DNA of 64,000 nucleotides from Octopus sinensis (Eukaryota): NCBI RefSeq assembly GCF_006345805.1, contig NW_021833024.1, positions 62,001 to 126,000 of the forward strand, read 5' to 3'. Shown piece by piece: positions 37,742 to 52,095 of this stretch (position 1 is its first letter; each line of letters starts with the position of its first letter). The notes under the pieces were generated by a model. It saw only the letters and a program-made list of their open reading frames with translations, ran no database searches and was not told where the DNA came from. The position numbers and the translations under genes were made by a program.

Positions 37742-38525
37742 CAATTTTGTTGGTTATTTCTGGCGATGTGTCCTTAGGGAGCAAGTCTGGTCAATAAATG
37801 CCCGCTAGTTCATTTTTACATGCCTCCGTGTTTCATTAAAGCCTCTAAAATGCAGCTCATTAAAACTGGAACTGGCATTTCAATTTATTAAAAAAAGAAC
37901 CTAAATACTAAAATGCTTAAAATTTTTAAACAAGATATTTGTAAGTTAGTCAAAGTGCAGATACAGACCATCAGGAGATGGATAATTGTGGATGGAATCT
38001 ACTCTAAGATACTTCGTGACTATCTGTGAATTGTTAAAAAAAATAACAACAACGTTAATTCTATTCTTGTTTGAAGTTAAATAAGTCCAAAAAATTTCAA
38101 ATATCAACCTCAGTTGAAATAATTAAAAAATAGAGATACGCTTGCGCTATTTGGCTATTTGAATAATTATACGTGAGCAATATGTGCGGTTTTCCTTATG
38201 TGAAAAATAACATAGAATGACCACATTCCACAAACAATTACATTGAGAACTCATTTATTGTATATGATATCAATAGAATCAATTGGAATATATTTAATTT
38301 TTATATTACATTAAACATTGTAAATAGTTGTGACTCGGTTATTTCAGAGCCTGTAGAAATTGATAATTTTAACTGGAAGCGATGTAACTTGGCTACGAGC
38401 AAAGTAGAGAAATACAATGTCTTTGATAACGGCATCCCACTCTTTCTCTCTCTTTTTTCGACTTTTTTACAAACATTTAATTAGCCTGAAGTTTGTAAGT
38501 CTCTCTTTCTGTTTGATGTATTTTG

Positions 38526-38950
38526 TTAGGGCCTCATCCTCTCAGGGCCCACGTTCAATGCAAGGATGGGCAGATCCATGTCGACGCGCAGTCTAGATTC
38601 AGGGATTACCCACTCAACAAGCATTGATAACCCGTGCCTCGTCTCGGCTTGCATGCTCTCTAAGGTCTTCCACAACACCACTGTCTGGATATATGCCTTT
38701 ACCCTGTCCTCCACTCCGAGCGATGATTCTTGGAGAATTTTTATACAATTTCCTCCCTGGTCATAACGACAGAAACGATTTTCAGTTTTGCCTGTGCATC
38801 GTCTCCATTTCAAGTGATCTCCACCTCGATAAGTGTAATTGTGTTGCTTGATTTGTCGTCAAACAAATTCGTTGTTTGGGATACCAGTATCTGTAGGAGA
38901 GTTTGTGTCAGCTCGGATTTCCAGAAATTCGTTGATGGTAACAAATTTAA
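38526..38950 (-). mobile_element. 3' remnant of an R4/Dong-like non-LTR element (restriction-like endonuclease region)
   Basis: Across frameshifts: EIRADT..TD..IPNN, FDDKSSNTITLIEVEIT, KIVSVVMT, LGVEDRVKAYIQTVVLWKTLESM. Confidence 0.6.
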
Positions 38951-39462
38951 CTGAATGGTTTTTTAACATTTTCTAACCACCATATTATGAATTATCAAAA
39001 CAAATCTCTTGACTTTATTCGTTAACAGAGAACGTTTACTGGCACGTATAAACGTTTTTCCTATTTTTATTAAATTTCCACTAAAATTATAGTCTTCTGA
39101 CAAACTTGTATTGTTGGTTAAACAATTTTTACTGTTTTTATGATCAATTATTTGCTTCATTGCAAACATCTATAGTAATATATTTCTTTTGAGTTTTTGC
39201 TATCACTTTTTCCTTTTGAGTCTGTTCTGCGATGTTTTAGTACAGTGGTAGTCAAATTTGTTTGGTTCGCGTACTCCTTGGCATCTAAATAATTTTAGTC
39301 GATAGATTTTTTAGTTATTTATTTTTTAATATAAACATATTTGGTCTAATAATGTTAATTTTGGACAGCCAGATTTATTATTTGTTAATTAATAATTTAT
39401 TTATTGATTATTTTGAATAACCAAATTAATAAAGTTAATTCATTAATTTGAATTAAACCAAC

Positions 39463-41245
39463 ATGAAAAAAATCATTTTAAAGCACATCAAGTCTCTGAT
39501 AAAGAACGAAGGCGATTCAGAAAGTAATCACAGCGGAGACTTGGTAAAATCGAATGAAATGTCTGAAAATTGTATCAATTCTTATAAAAACTTTGAAGCT
39601 CCTCTCATTAAAATGCCCCCAACGCCTAAAGTGTCTGATTCCTCAATTGATTCTTCAATCTCAAATGAAGACAGAAAATATTTCCACTTTCGGCAAAAAA
39701 TTGCAAAATCAAAATTATTTGATTCATATTTCAAATCCGGTTCAAAGAAAGTTTCAACAAAAAAAGCAAAATTTTCTTTGCACAACTCGCTTGACGCTCA
39801 ATCACTGGAAATGCTCATGTTAGACAACGAAATGTCACAACCACTGCTTGTAAATGTCATTTCTGCACTAAATAGTCACTGTGGATAGATTTGTGTCATC
39901 GGGGCCCATCGACGAAATTTATTTTTCGGAAGCCCGGATTGACAGAAGACATCGAAATACTGAACTTAGAACTATCTAAATTCGATCCAATAAATTCTAG
40001 TAAATACGACATTTTGTCAGTCGCGACTGTTTTCAAAGTTAAATATGCTGAGTTTATATTCTAGCGATATCTCAGGAGTTTGCCCGAGACTCTTTTTACT
40101 GAAGAAAATCTTGTTTATTTAAAGAAAGCAGTAGAATTCACATCAGGAGAAACAGAATTGCAGTTTCAAAGGTTAGATAGCAGTATAATGAAGATGCGCG
40201 TTGCATAAAACATTTAGTTAGTTTTGTGGTGAAAGTCAATTGTGCTTAAATTAACCACAGCAAAACCATGAAATTATACATTTCAGAATTATTGGAAGAC
40301 TGCGTCCTGAGAATTACCACTTGCTGCGCTACATTTTGTGTCTTCTCCAGAGGATTTCAAATAGAGAAATAGACAATTCAATGTCGGCAAAGTCGTTGGC
40401 TGTTTGTATTGCCCCGTCTTTGCTTTCAAGCCAATGTGGACAAACAATAAAAATTGTTTTGTTTTGTAAAAGCAATATTTTAGATGATTGACTTTGTTGA
40501 ATATCTCATCACAAACTCTGACCGTCTTTTCTGCGGAGAAGAAATGGTCTGTTTTCTCTACGAAAAACACAAATCTGAGTTATTCAGGAGTAAAATCCCA
40601 CGACAGGTAGAAATTGAGAAATCTGTTTGAATCTATTTTTGTGAAAACACAATTTTATGCATTGAATAGGCACTTTTAGAATAGCAACCACTTAGATAAT
40701 TTAATAGTGCATTTAACACCAAATTAGATATCAAAACAAAAAAATGATCATCTCAGCTCAATTTCAGACTGTTCATTTAACAGTTCATATTCTCTTGAAG
40801 TCTCTGAAGATGAAAATTTCAATTTAAATAAAATCAATGATCGACGTACTGAAAAACGTTCAGAATCTCTGGGAACTTCGGTGTCGTCTTCATTCGATGA
40901 AATTACTGACTATAGCTTATGCATGAAGGTTTTGATTTAATAATTGACGACTTACAGTCGACAGAAAATAAATCTGCTCAGAATAGTAAAGTCCACAAAA
41001 CTTCAAACTGGAACAATTCGTTAAATTTGGCAGAAAACATACAAAAAATGTGTTAAAGTTTATACTAAATTAACAGTCAATCATTTTCAACAAAATCTAG
41101 AAGTAATTCAATTGCGTTCAAACGTACCGCTGCAATCGAATATCTAAAATTACATCTCACTAGAAAAACTAGTTCCATTTCCAATCGCAGTTCTGGCTCG
41201 GATTGCACTATTAAGTGTTCAAAAATTCGTGAAGGAGAAGACTGA
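39463..41245 (+). CDS. RhoGAP-domain protein (ARHGAP20/TAGAP-like)
   Basis: LCHRGPSTKFIFRKPG (catalytic Arg), SVATVFKRYLRSLPETLF, LRPENYHLLRYILCLL..NSMSAKSLAVCIAPSLL; some internal exons not resolved. Confidence 0.8.
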
Positions 41246-41604
41246 GGTAGAACACTATTCTTACTTGATTGAAATATTTAATTTAACGATTAAAAACATT
41301 TTCTCATAAATAAATTCTTCGCAGATTATTAAACACGAAAAAACAAAAAACTATAAAACGGGTTTCTAATTTGTTTAAAAATATTTTTTGACTAAAATCT
41401 AGTCAAAATATTTTTACTGAGTTTCAAACTTGGTTTATTCTGGAAAAATGCAGCAAAAGGTAATGAACTAATTTTAGAGTTGTTGAAGAACGATTTTCTA
41501 TAGTTGACAGATGGAATTGTAAATTAAATATGCAAAACAGACATGACGTAGTGGTAATGTGTTGCCTTTGTCAAAAATATAACACTTTTTAATGTAGACC
41601 GACA

Positions 41605-42083
41605 ATGGAAACCATTCACTGTAAAATACTAGTGGTACTTCTAATTCTGGGGGAAAATGTGATTGGAATGAGTATAATATATAACTGTAGTGCTAAGAGT
41701 GCGCCGACTCGTATGAACAGTGTTCAGAATTGGCAAAACAAGGATATTGTAACGAGTCAAATATGATTTCTAAAATTTGTCCAAAGTCGTGCAATGTTTG
41801 CAATATTTTGAAAACAAGTTTACATTTAAATTAATAAAAAGAAAACGAATGCAAAAACTTGTCGAATAAATGCGACCAAATAGCAAAATATGGACTTTGT
41901 GAAACAAATAGGATTGCCAGGATTATGATTTGTCGAAAAACGTGCAACACCTGCAACAGTACAAAGTCTTTGACATTGGTAGTATGTGAAGATCTCGATA
42001 ACCGCTGTTCGACATTAGCAGACATTTGTCCAACAGCAAAAACAATCCAACATCGCTGCAGGGCAACCTGCGGGATGTGTTAG
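41605..42083 (+). CDS. Secreted protein with three ShKT domains, 2 introns
   Basis: Hydrophobic leader METIHCKILVVLLILGENVIG; CADSYEQC..GYC..CPKSCNVC; CKNLSNKC..GLC..CRKTCNTC; CEDLDNRC..DIC..CRATCGMC*; introns 26 and 24 nt. Confidence 0.88.
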
Positions 42084-42180
42084 ATTTGGGCAATTACTAA
42101 CAAAACATAACTCCCTCTTCATAGCTATGCATAATAACCATGTTAGTATAAATATAGTCATTCTTTATTATACATTCTCA

Positions 42181-45100
42181 CTATCCCCTCCACCCATGGA
42201 AACAACGCTTAAAAAGACCCGACTCCTTTCCTTGTCTCTGAATCGTCAATTTTCGAGGCATGGTCGCCTCCACACGTGCCAAGTGTTTTATGTACACCTA
42301 AAATGACCCAAATATAATACTGATGCAGAATGGAGTAACAGACGTGCATCCTTATTGTTCACATTATTCGGAAGCCACACAAACACGTTCATCTTGTCAT
42401 CCACAATCATTCCATGTTTATCCGACAAATCAGCCTGCCTTTGCATCATCATTGCCAACCTGACTGAAATCAGTACATTTCTCTACCACTGTGAAACACT
42501 CGTTCTCCGTAAAGCCACGAAATAGTCTCAACCCTCCCAAAAAGTACGTATCCTTAAATAAATGTCAAATCTGCCATACCCGAACATATTCTCCGCGTCC
42601 GACAATATTCCAAAAATAGTCGTCTGGTTCAGACCCCTCGTCAATAACGGAAACAGCATATCCCCGGACTGCATAATAATTCTCAGCAATGTCTTGAGCA
42701 ATGTCCGCTTCCTCCTCGACAGACTGACTCCCAATCCACACGTAGACAATTCCCTTCATGTCTCCCTCAGACTTGAAGGGAATACTCAACAATAAACACA
42801 GTCGTGGGTTGAGATGAACCACATTCACATCGACCTTACATAGACTGATGGACTTACTTCGACACACCGCAAAGTTATCGGTCCTGCCGTGCATCGCAGT
42901 TGGAACATTCTGGGGACAACCTCACTCTCAGGAGTCGAATGAATCACAAAACGACGATCAAACAAAGCGAGGAATTTAAACTCCTCTTTTTGCTTCGAAA
43001 TAAACCCAAATCATTACCTGTTCGAGTCTGACAACTTCCAATGAGTCGTTGAGGGTGTTTTCGAGTGTGTTCTTCAAACTGAGGGAAAACTGCAGCCATG
43101 CTCCCACAGGTCCACGACTCCCTTGCCAGAAATAAGCCCAATAAGAAAACTCTCCTTCTCCATCACACAACATCTCCCGACATATGTACAAATAACACGT
43201 GTCCTCAAAAAAATGTCCTAAAATGAGAACAAGAATCTACCCCAATCTTCCTTGGGCAATTGCACAAACTTTCGTCGTCCAGAAAAGACAAAGGCAATCA
43301 AAACTTCACAACTCTCCTTCGAGTCCATCAACAGAGCTTGGCATTCCTCTCTACTCAAGTCACTCTTCCGAGGCAGAAATAAAGCCCCCGTGTCGTGCTT
43401 TAGTTTTTCTGCAGTCTTTTCCTCCACGGGAGGTGGGAGACGGGAAGGACTACCAAGCGAGAGGAGACTTTCCCAATCAGAGAAAAAGGACTTGAAGAAT
43501 ATACTCTCATCTCTTAACGTGTCATTACAGGTCTACCCCTCGCGAAAGTACTTGATAGAACTGTGTCGGGGTCGTGGAATCATCACAAACAACTCCTCTG
43601 ACAACTTGAGTGCTGCATTGTACAATAAATTGGGGGACTTTTTTCCACTCCTATAAATCAGAGAATTTGTTAGACCATATATAAATGACTGCTATCGTGT
43701 CCAATATATAGATTTGAGTAGTATCCAACACTCCTTTCTTCAATGGTACCCTTCCATTCACAGCTAAAAATACGACCACACTCACCACCCTGCGGTAACT
43801 CCAAAAAACGATTAGAAAAGTTGACTCGGTATAATTTGGGAACACAACTCACAATCTGAGCAATCTCCTCCTCAGTCTACAATAAAATAATAAAAATACA
43901 ATTTCTTGTTCCTTTCCTTCAAAACGCTTCCAGAAATCAGCATTGTCATCACTTTGATGGACTATCTCCACCCTTCCCTTCTTATGCTCGTGTTTGACAA
44001 TATTCTCAGCAATAAGTCTAAGAATCATTCCCAAGCACACACCTCGACTTGGAAACCACAAAATCACCACATCGAGGCGGAATATATACATATATTACGT
44101 CACTGCACTCCACTAAATATATTCCTTCCTTTTCACTCAACAACCGCCCATTCATTGGCATCTAACAAGTAAGGGCAAAAAAATACAGGAATAGCGCGAG
44201 ATTTTTTCTTATTCAGAACAAGGAGGTAACATCGGTCAGTAAACGTGGAGTCATCAATAGCGGAGAACAGCCCGGATGAGCACCTTTCCCCCTCAATGTA
44301 CTCAAAGGGGAGATTCCGATCTTCAAAGAGGAGACGAAACTCGGCCGACTCATCCCCCACCTCCTCCCTGACTGTACGACACGACGCGTTCAAGAAATTC
44401 CTCAAATTAACCGCATGCATTGCTGCGGCTGATTTTTTATCAATCTATTGGTCACATGACTGGGCTAACAGTAGCAGTGGGACTGACGAGGTAGTATATA
44501 TCCCTCACCAACTCCCCACTCTCCTTCATCACATTATTCAGCACTATGTAGCAATCCTCCGTGAAGAAATGCCCATGGAGATCTGGGATGTGGAAATACA
44601 CCAACCTTGGTTCAATTCCGTCGGATAAAACTCGTTGATTTCAAAAATGGTCAACCCTGGGTAAATCACTCCAATATACCTTCAGTGTCTCCAAGTCCTG
44701 GTTCGAAAATACTACAATAGTCAATGTTTGGACGTTCCAAGTAGTCATCCCACCGTTTTTTTTGAACTTGCACTTCTGTGTTGGAAGGTTGACTCATTTT
44801 GGCCACATTCTTCATTCCCTGGCAATGCAGGACAATAATAACCTCCAAGACTTTATCACTCGACGTGGACTCGTCGTTCTTATTACGTAACAATCTGAGT
44901 CGTTTGTGAATTGTCTCCGGGCCAGAAGACTTGACTTGCATAACCAAATCCACCAACCCTCTGTCTGTTTGGAAGTGAATATCCCCGATGACTGCAGTTG
45001 GGCCGACAACGAAAAATCAATTCCACGTGTGGTGTCCTCCCTCGGTCGAATAGTCAGAGGAAAGGGAGGAAGGACCATATCCGCATTCCCCGAGTAGTCG

Positions 45101-46482
45101 ATCTACAATATGGACAGGTGTCTACAGAAATGTCCTTTCGTTTATGAAACGCCACTGGAAGTGTGGTCAGCTGGTTGTCGGACACGTTCAGTTTACGAAG
45201 ATTCTTACATCTGCGTTTATAAACAATTTTAGACCGAAAAAGACTGTCGGGAAGACTGACCAAATGATTAGCGGATAAATTGAGGTGAGTGAGTGACACA
45301 AGTCGGTTTAGTCCACTCGGAAGTCCACTCTGGTCAAGCATATTTCCCGCCAAAACTAGAGTATGCAACTCCACCAAATGATATATCGAACTCTTCAAAT
45401 TACTACACTAATCAACCGGAAGTAGTGAGAGCTTATTCCTGGACAAGTTCAAATATTTGAGATTTGTCAAGGATTCTACAAATAAGGACAGTCCCTACCA
45501 ATTGACGTAGTAATCGAAGGGATAACATTATCAGACATATTGAGATAAACCAACTGAGTCATCAAACATACACATTCGGGAATACACGTAAGTTGATTAT
45601 ACGACAAGTCCAATTCTGGCACATCACAACAGCAAAATACTAGTCAGATTGGAAAGACGACTCAGTTTGGACGGGAGGTTGTCGTCCGTCCTGTACGTGG
45701 CACTCAATTCGAGTGTATGGAGTGACCTCAGTCCCACCAATTGCCTGAAAAGTACACATCACACAATCCACCTCAGTTGGGACTTGTCGAGTGGATTTCC
45801 ACTCAAAACCAGCACTTTCAAATTAAGGAGTCGTCGCAATTGTGGTGGCACGTTTTCTACATTTTATAAACATAAAGTGACCCAATTCATTTCCGCTCAA
45901 ATTCAGGTAAATCAGACCGTTCACTTTTTTGAAAATATTCCCAGAAATGGCACCGATTCTAAATTAGTGGACAAATCTGAGTACCCGTTGTGACTCAAAT
46001 TGAGGACCAACAAAGAGGTGGCGTCTTCCAGATTATTGGGGACCTTGGACAACTCGTTATGGCTTAAATCCTATTAATCAAAGCAAGGAAAACAAACCAG
46101 AATAGACAGGTCTTTGAGGGAGAACAAATCTGGGGGAATTCCGTAGTCCTTGAGCTTATTTCTGGACAGATTGATCGAACGGAGAGAAGCGAGACTCGAA
46201 AGATCTCCATGAATACTCACAAGTTGATTATTGGCAACGGAAAGGTGTTCCTAGCACTTTAAAATGGAGAAATAAACCAATTTATGCAGTTTCCACAAGT
46301 CAGAGGGGAGTTTACATAACTTCATATTGTTTAGATTTACCCAACGAAGAGATTGGAGGTGGTCGAGACGGCCTTGAAAGGTCTGGTCCTGATTGAGTGA
46401 GTATTTAAGTAAGTAATACAGTAAAATCGTTAAAACTAAAATCTATTCCGTGCACATAAGGAAGGAGTCCAGTTAATCCCAT
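42181..46482 (-). CDS. FLII: Flightless-I (LRR plus gelsolin repeats)
   Basis: MGLTGLLPYVHGIDFSFNDF; LRRs (LHTLVLAGN, LTHLNLSAN, LRKLNVSDN); gelsolin repeats (AYFWQG..GAWLQF, YIWIG, EPDDYFW); ends QGKESGLFKRCFHGWRG*. Confidence 0.94.
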
Positions 46483-46745
46483 CTGTAAAAACCAAAGTTA
46501 GTTTATTAATTTTTTAAATATTTTTAATTTATTAATTTTAACCAATAAAAATTATCTTAAGAAAAATCTTTCTAATTTGGTTATTAATATAAATTGAATA
46601 AAAACACGTGCTTACACAAGGATTAAATTGTCGAATTATTATTCTTCAATAATCTCTAATAGTTAAATTAATAATCCTCTTAATATTCATTTAGTTTGGT
46701 GACCCTAAATTACTTATTAACAAAACATTTTTTGATTTTGAATTA

Positions 46746-48241
46746 ATGGACACATACACTGACAGTATTCTCTATCCCTTCAAAAAATCATCTCGAAATG
46801 CTTTTCTCACATTTATCTGCTTTAGCACTTTTGGTACACCACTTTTGGTAGATTGCAGTCACTTATTATTGCTTTGATATTCCGGGTGGCATTCAATCAG
46901 TCATCAAACATGACTTGGGCATAAATTCAAAGACTTTTATGGGACTATATGCCTGGTACTCAGTCTGCAATATCTTCATGTGCTATGTCGGCTCATTTCT
47001 GGTCAACCGATGGACTGGTCTCCCACTCGGAGGGATCATTTGTTGCATTCTACTCTTGGTAGGGCAGTTTGTATTTTCCACAGGAGCATACATCCATAAA
47101 GTATGGCTCATGTACCTCGGGAGAGTTATTTTTGGGTTTTTTAATTCTCTTTATCTTAGAATTGGTGGAGAAACATTGACCAGTGTCATCCACACGTATT
47201 CCGGTCTCATGTTTGAAAAAACTCAACTGAACTTGATTTTTGGTCTTCAACTTGGCTTATCTCGAATTGTACGTAACATTAGGAGTATTTTAGGGGAGCA
47301 CTACATCGATAAAGACCATGATATATTTCTACTATTTGGCACACAGAGTACAGTCGGGATATCACCAATTGGGAATTGCCCTCTTTTTTGGTATATTTTA
47401 CGTCTTTTATTAGAACAGTGTCATCAATTTGCATATTTCCATTATTTAGTTCATTTTTATTACTGACTAGTCCTCAAAAAGGTTAGTTGTTTGATGTGTT
47501 GTAGTTGAGGGGGAATACAATAATATTCACTTCTCAGACGTGATACATTTCGGTCATAAACTCTGGCTATTGGCAATAATCTGTGCCAGTTATTTCGTTG
47601 TGATAACTCCGTTTATATCCATTTCCATGTAACCACGTTTCCTTATTTATAGGGCTTATTTCCAGTCAAAATACCAGACTGGACTGACACAGGCTACAAC
47701 ATTAACAAGGTTATAATATTGTTTAAAACCACAGTGCAATCTACGTGATCTCGGGAATTATTTCGCCTTTTGTTGGACTGGCCATTGACAAGACAGGAAA
47801 AAATGTTATTTGGCTCTTAATTGCTATTCTGCTTACAATAATTCCAATTTTACTCTTTTCATTCACATTTGTACCTCCCATGGGGCTAATGGTGTGCATT
47901 GGTTTCAGTTATGCCATTTTCTCGTGCTCGTTATGGCCGTTGGTAGTCAAAGTAGTCAGGCCTGCCCACCTTACGACCGCTTATGGAGTGTATGTGCTGG
48001 TTATACGCATTTTTAGGCTTCAGTCAATACAGAACCTGGGCCTTTCGACTGCTACAGTTATAGTGGGGGCAATTGTTGATAGATTTGGATTTCTGATGAT
48101 GAATTTGTTCTTTTTGGCTTGTCTTTACTGTATTTTTGAGATTTTATATTTATAGGTTGTCTTATTTCGACATTAGTACTAATTGTTGTCATGAGTGACA
48201 TCAAATCACGGATAACATATTTTTCGTTAAGTACTTCTTAA
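46746..48241 (+). CDS. MFSD1: MFS transporter, MFSD1-like
   Basis: TYYCFDIP..FMGLYAWYS..GRVIFGIGGE..LNLIFGLQLGLSRIGS..SPFVGLAIDKTGKN..WPLV..TAYG..IQNLGL; one base appears missing at 47390. Confidence 0.9.
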
Positions 48242-48508
48242 ATTTTAATTTCGAATACCATTTATTCGTTATTTTTATGCCATATTCGGTAGGTGTTCCT
48301 CGATCAGTTTTTTTCTTATTTTTTTACATTAATCCATGTGGAAAACTATTTGAATTACACATTCTACCTCGTTACACTTTTGACTTGGATTTTAACTTTG
48401 ATTATTTGATTTTGGCGTTTTTATCAAAAATTCTGCATAAAATTTAGCAGGTCAAGTTGAATTCGCTGATACGCTAAACCTCAAAAATAGTATACAAAAA
48501 TCTAAAAA

Positions 48509-49090
48509 TTACTCAGAATTACATAATTTGTATAGGTTGTCGTTTGTGATCTTCTGCGGGTAGCGGATGTTAAGTGCTGCACGTAATTGAGATCTATGGA
48601 AAATGTTTAGTTTCTGATTTTCCAGTTTTGTGAGTCCCCAGGTTCCACAGTTGTAAGTAAGGATTGGCAATAAAAACGAGTTGTATATCCTTATTTTCGT
48701 TTTTCCAGTTAGCTTCTTTTTAGTTCCACATAAAGATATAAGCTTTCTAAAGGCTCCATTTGAAAGGATTTTCCTTCGGGTAACATCCTCTGTGTCTCCC
48801 AGGAGCGTTCCCAACTTTTTGTGCCTTCTCCATGATTCATCAATGCGTCTTTCCGATCGGCTTAAGGTTTTTTCGGTGTTCACAGTGAGAAACCATTTTT
48901 CGAATTTGTTCGGGAGCATATTATATCTATATTTGAGATTTTCTCCGTTGTCCGACACAAAGTCCAAGTTATTATGTCTATAAGAACAAAAATTACGCAT
49001 GGCTTTTGGTGGCTTTGATTTATTTTCCAAGTTTTTTTAGACGTTTTTATTATTGCTAAAATCAGCCATGGAAGTGTCCAATGCAATAAA
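48509..49090 (-). mobile_element. RTE-like LINE post-RT fragment
   Basis: WFLTVNTEKT..KKLGTLLG..KTKIRIYNSFLLPILTYNCGTW..FHRSQLR..IRYPQKITNDNLY. Confidence 0.82.
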
Positions 49091-49546
49091 AACTTTGCGT
49101 GGAAATTTCACGTTTTTGATATTATTTTGGTTTATCTTGTATTTTGAAATCTTTTCATTTTTAATGACAAATTACTAATAATAATGTTTGGTCGATTTAT
49201 AACGCATACCACAAAAGTTACTAAACCAATTAAATAAAAAATGCAAAATAACTACAGTCAAATCGGCTATAAAATCTCCCTTAATCTAATGTCGAATAAA
49301 TCCACCTACGCTGCAACCATTAATTCAAATGGGAATAAGCCTGCTCTCTTGGTATTATTCTACTACTATTAGAACAATCATTCATGACTCAAAAAGTAAC
49401 TAAATCAATCAAATGGAAAACGTGAGACAGTCCAATGACCATTCTAATCACCTATTGACTTACTATGACGTATATTTAAAACAATACATAGTGAAAGTAG
49501 TTATTATATATAAATTAATGCACTAGTTAGTGTATTAGAATATTAA

Positions 49547-50055
49547 TTAGTCAGTCCGGGCATTCCGGCCGTTCCAAAACACCGCGAAATTAACAGTGGA
49601 GGCAAATGAGACCCACAGAAAGTAGGGAATCATCAAATAAGAGGCAACCCTATTGATTGGATAAAATAGGCCAATGCAAGCTCCAATAGAGGCAAGGAGA
49701 GCCCCAATGTCAATCATGGCAAGTCCCGGTCTTCTTAGTCCGAAGAATATAGGAGTCCAAATAGCATTGAGGAATAACTGAACTCCGTAGGCAATAAGTG
49801 CATCTCTGATTGGTGGGGATGTGATATCTCCGGAAGTCCAAATTAGATAGGATGCATATCCCATTGCTATATGTGGTAATTGATAGTGCTACTTGCGTAG
49901 AGATAACTCCACATTGGAGCAAACAGCCATCGAGGGGGAGCCCAGGGAGGGGCTAAAGTCTTGTAGTGTTGCTCATAAACAGTGCCACTTATTCTGGCAA
50001 ACGGAAATGACACAACAAAGGGAAGTCCAACACCAACAAAGCCGCTCAAACTCAT
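49547..50055 (-). CDS. TSPO: Translocator protein (TspO/MBR), 1 intron
   Basis: YKTLAPPWAPPRWLFAPMWSYLY, 26-nt intron, MGYASYLIW..QLFLNAIWTPIFFG..LMIPYFLWVSFA. Confidence 0.95.
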
Positions 50056-50164
50056 CAATGTCGATAAACAACAGAATGTATTTACTTAGAATGGGTAGAC
50101 ATATTATAAGTTATATTAAGTAACTATTTTAAAAAATTAAATTATTAGTTAAATTTTTTAATTA

Positions 50165-51570
50165 GGTTACTCACCAAAAATCCCTCGAATCCGCCAATTT
50201 CAGGGATTGAAAAAATCTGGCCGATTCGAGAATTTGGGGATTTAAGAGACTTACTGATTTTTTCATCCATTAAAAATGTAAAGAAAAAAAATTATTTATA
50301 ACAAAAAATAAATAAATTTAATTAGTTTTTTAGAGTTCGGATCGTTAAAGATCCAAGCTTTTGTGGATTCAAGATTTTTGACATTGAAGAATTCTTATTG
50401 ATTATAGAATTCTTTTAATTTATTTAGAGCTTGAAAAGCCTTGTTATAAGTTACACCTTTCTACTTTCCTCTAATGGTTCTTCACTATCGATTTCTTGTT
50501 CTATTGTCTCGGAATCATTAAAATCAAATTCTTCATTTTAATTTTTTTTTGAAAGTTGACATTTAGCAATTCCTGTGTAAATAAGACAACGAAAATCGTT
50601 AAGTCCCAGCGGCAAGGACGCAGTGTGCGTTGCCCCGAACAATGGCCAGGCCGAATCTGGTGAATTCATTTTAATTGTAATCAATTTCGATATAAATTCT
50701 TCTAAAGACTCACTTATGTTTATTTTTTAGAATATATTCTTGATTTTGTTTTAAATCAAAATCTTTTTTTTAATGAATAAGAGAAATCGTCAAAAAAACC
50801 CTGATTTTTATAATTTATAGTTTCCATGTTTTAAATCCATTTTGCGTGTGTGAAGAATTTGAATATTAAGAAGCTATCAATCTTGTTCCATGCATAATGT
50901 GTGAATAATATAACATTTTTAAGTTAATTTTTAAATATCCCGATTAGTAAGAGTGCTCGTTTATCTGTACCATCCACATTTGTACAAAACATGACTGAAA
51001 CTCTGTCTTTTTACAAACACTTTTGGACGGGATGATTTTGAAAAATAAGCCATTTTGAAATAAGTATTGTAAACATTTTTAACTCCATTTTATTTTTGAT
51101 TAATTCAATAAAATTTGATATTAAATTAGGGCCAAAATTTAAAGTTGCAGATTTTCCAGGAACTTTAAATATTCTTTACGAGATATGTCAGATCTTAAGT
51201 TATTCAACATATTTCCTCTCTTATTTCTCAGATCATCTATAGATCTACGATATATAAGTAAATTATATTTTTTGGAAAAAATTTCTGAAATTTTTATGGA
51301 AGGTAATTCAATTCAATGATGTTTAAAATAGCAATTTTTGTTTGTTTTTTTAATTGTATACAGTTACGTTTCATTAAAAAAACAATAAACAATGAAAACG
51401 TGTTAATAATTACTATTTACCTGTAAAATTAATTAAAAAATATTTAAAATTGAGAAACATGGTGGATTTGTTAATCAAAAAATCTGGTGAATTCGAGAAA
51501 TTTTCTTAAAAAATTGCCGGATTGAAGCATTTATTAGTTATAATTGGCTGGATCGAGAGTCTTTACTGCA
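50165..51570 (-). mobile_element. pogo/Tigger remnant; limits approximate
   Basis: Minus strand KDRVSVMFCTNVDGTDKRALLLIG; degenerate inverted termini CTCGAATCCGCCAATT (near 50184) versus AATTGGCTGGATCGAG (near 51545). Confidence 0.65.
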
Positions 51571-52095
51571 TTTATATTCATCATTTGTTCTGACCGTTAA
51601 TGTTGGAAAGTCTTCGCTCACATCATTGACATGGCTGAATTTATTTGTGACCCTAGAAACAAATTTGAGAGATTCTAATAAAATTTTATTAGAAAATTTA
51701 AGTTAAGTTTCCGATATAGATCATACTACAATACTTTTTGATTGATAAAAAGATATCAACGTTTTTTAAAGTAACACGGAGCTTAGATTAGAGAAAGCTT
51801 TTTAGTTGATTTGGAAATATATGTTAAAGTTCTCTTAATTGTTTTACTAATTGAATAAAATTTGATTCAAATTAATCTAGCTTGTGAATTTGTTTTGGTT
51901 ATCTTAGTTTTCAAAGTTTTTTTAGATGTTAAAAGAACATGAAAGAACTGTTGGAGTTTATTTTAGTTAATAAAATGTAATATAGGCAATATATTATTTC
52001 TAAAACATTTGTATACAAATTTCAAATCAAAGAATTTCTTCATTTATTTCGATTTGATTCTGATTCATGAAAGATATATTTTTATAGTTATAATA

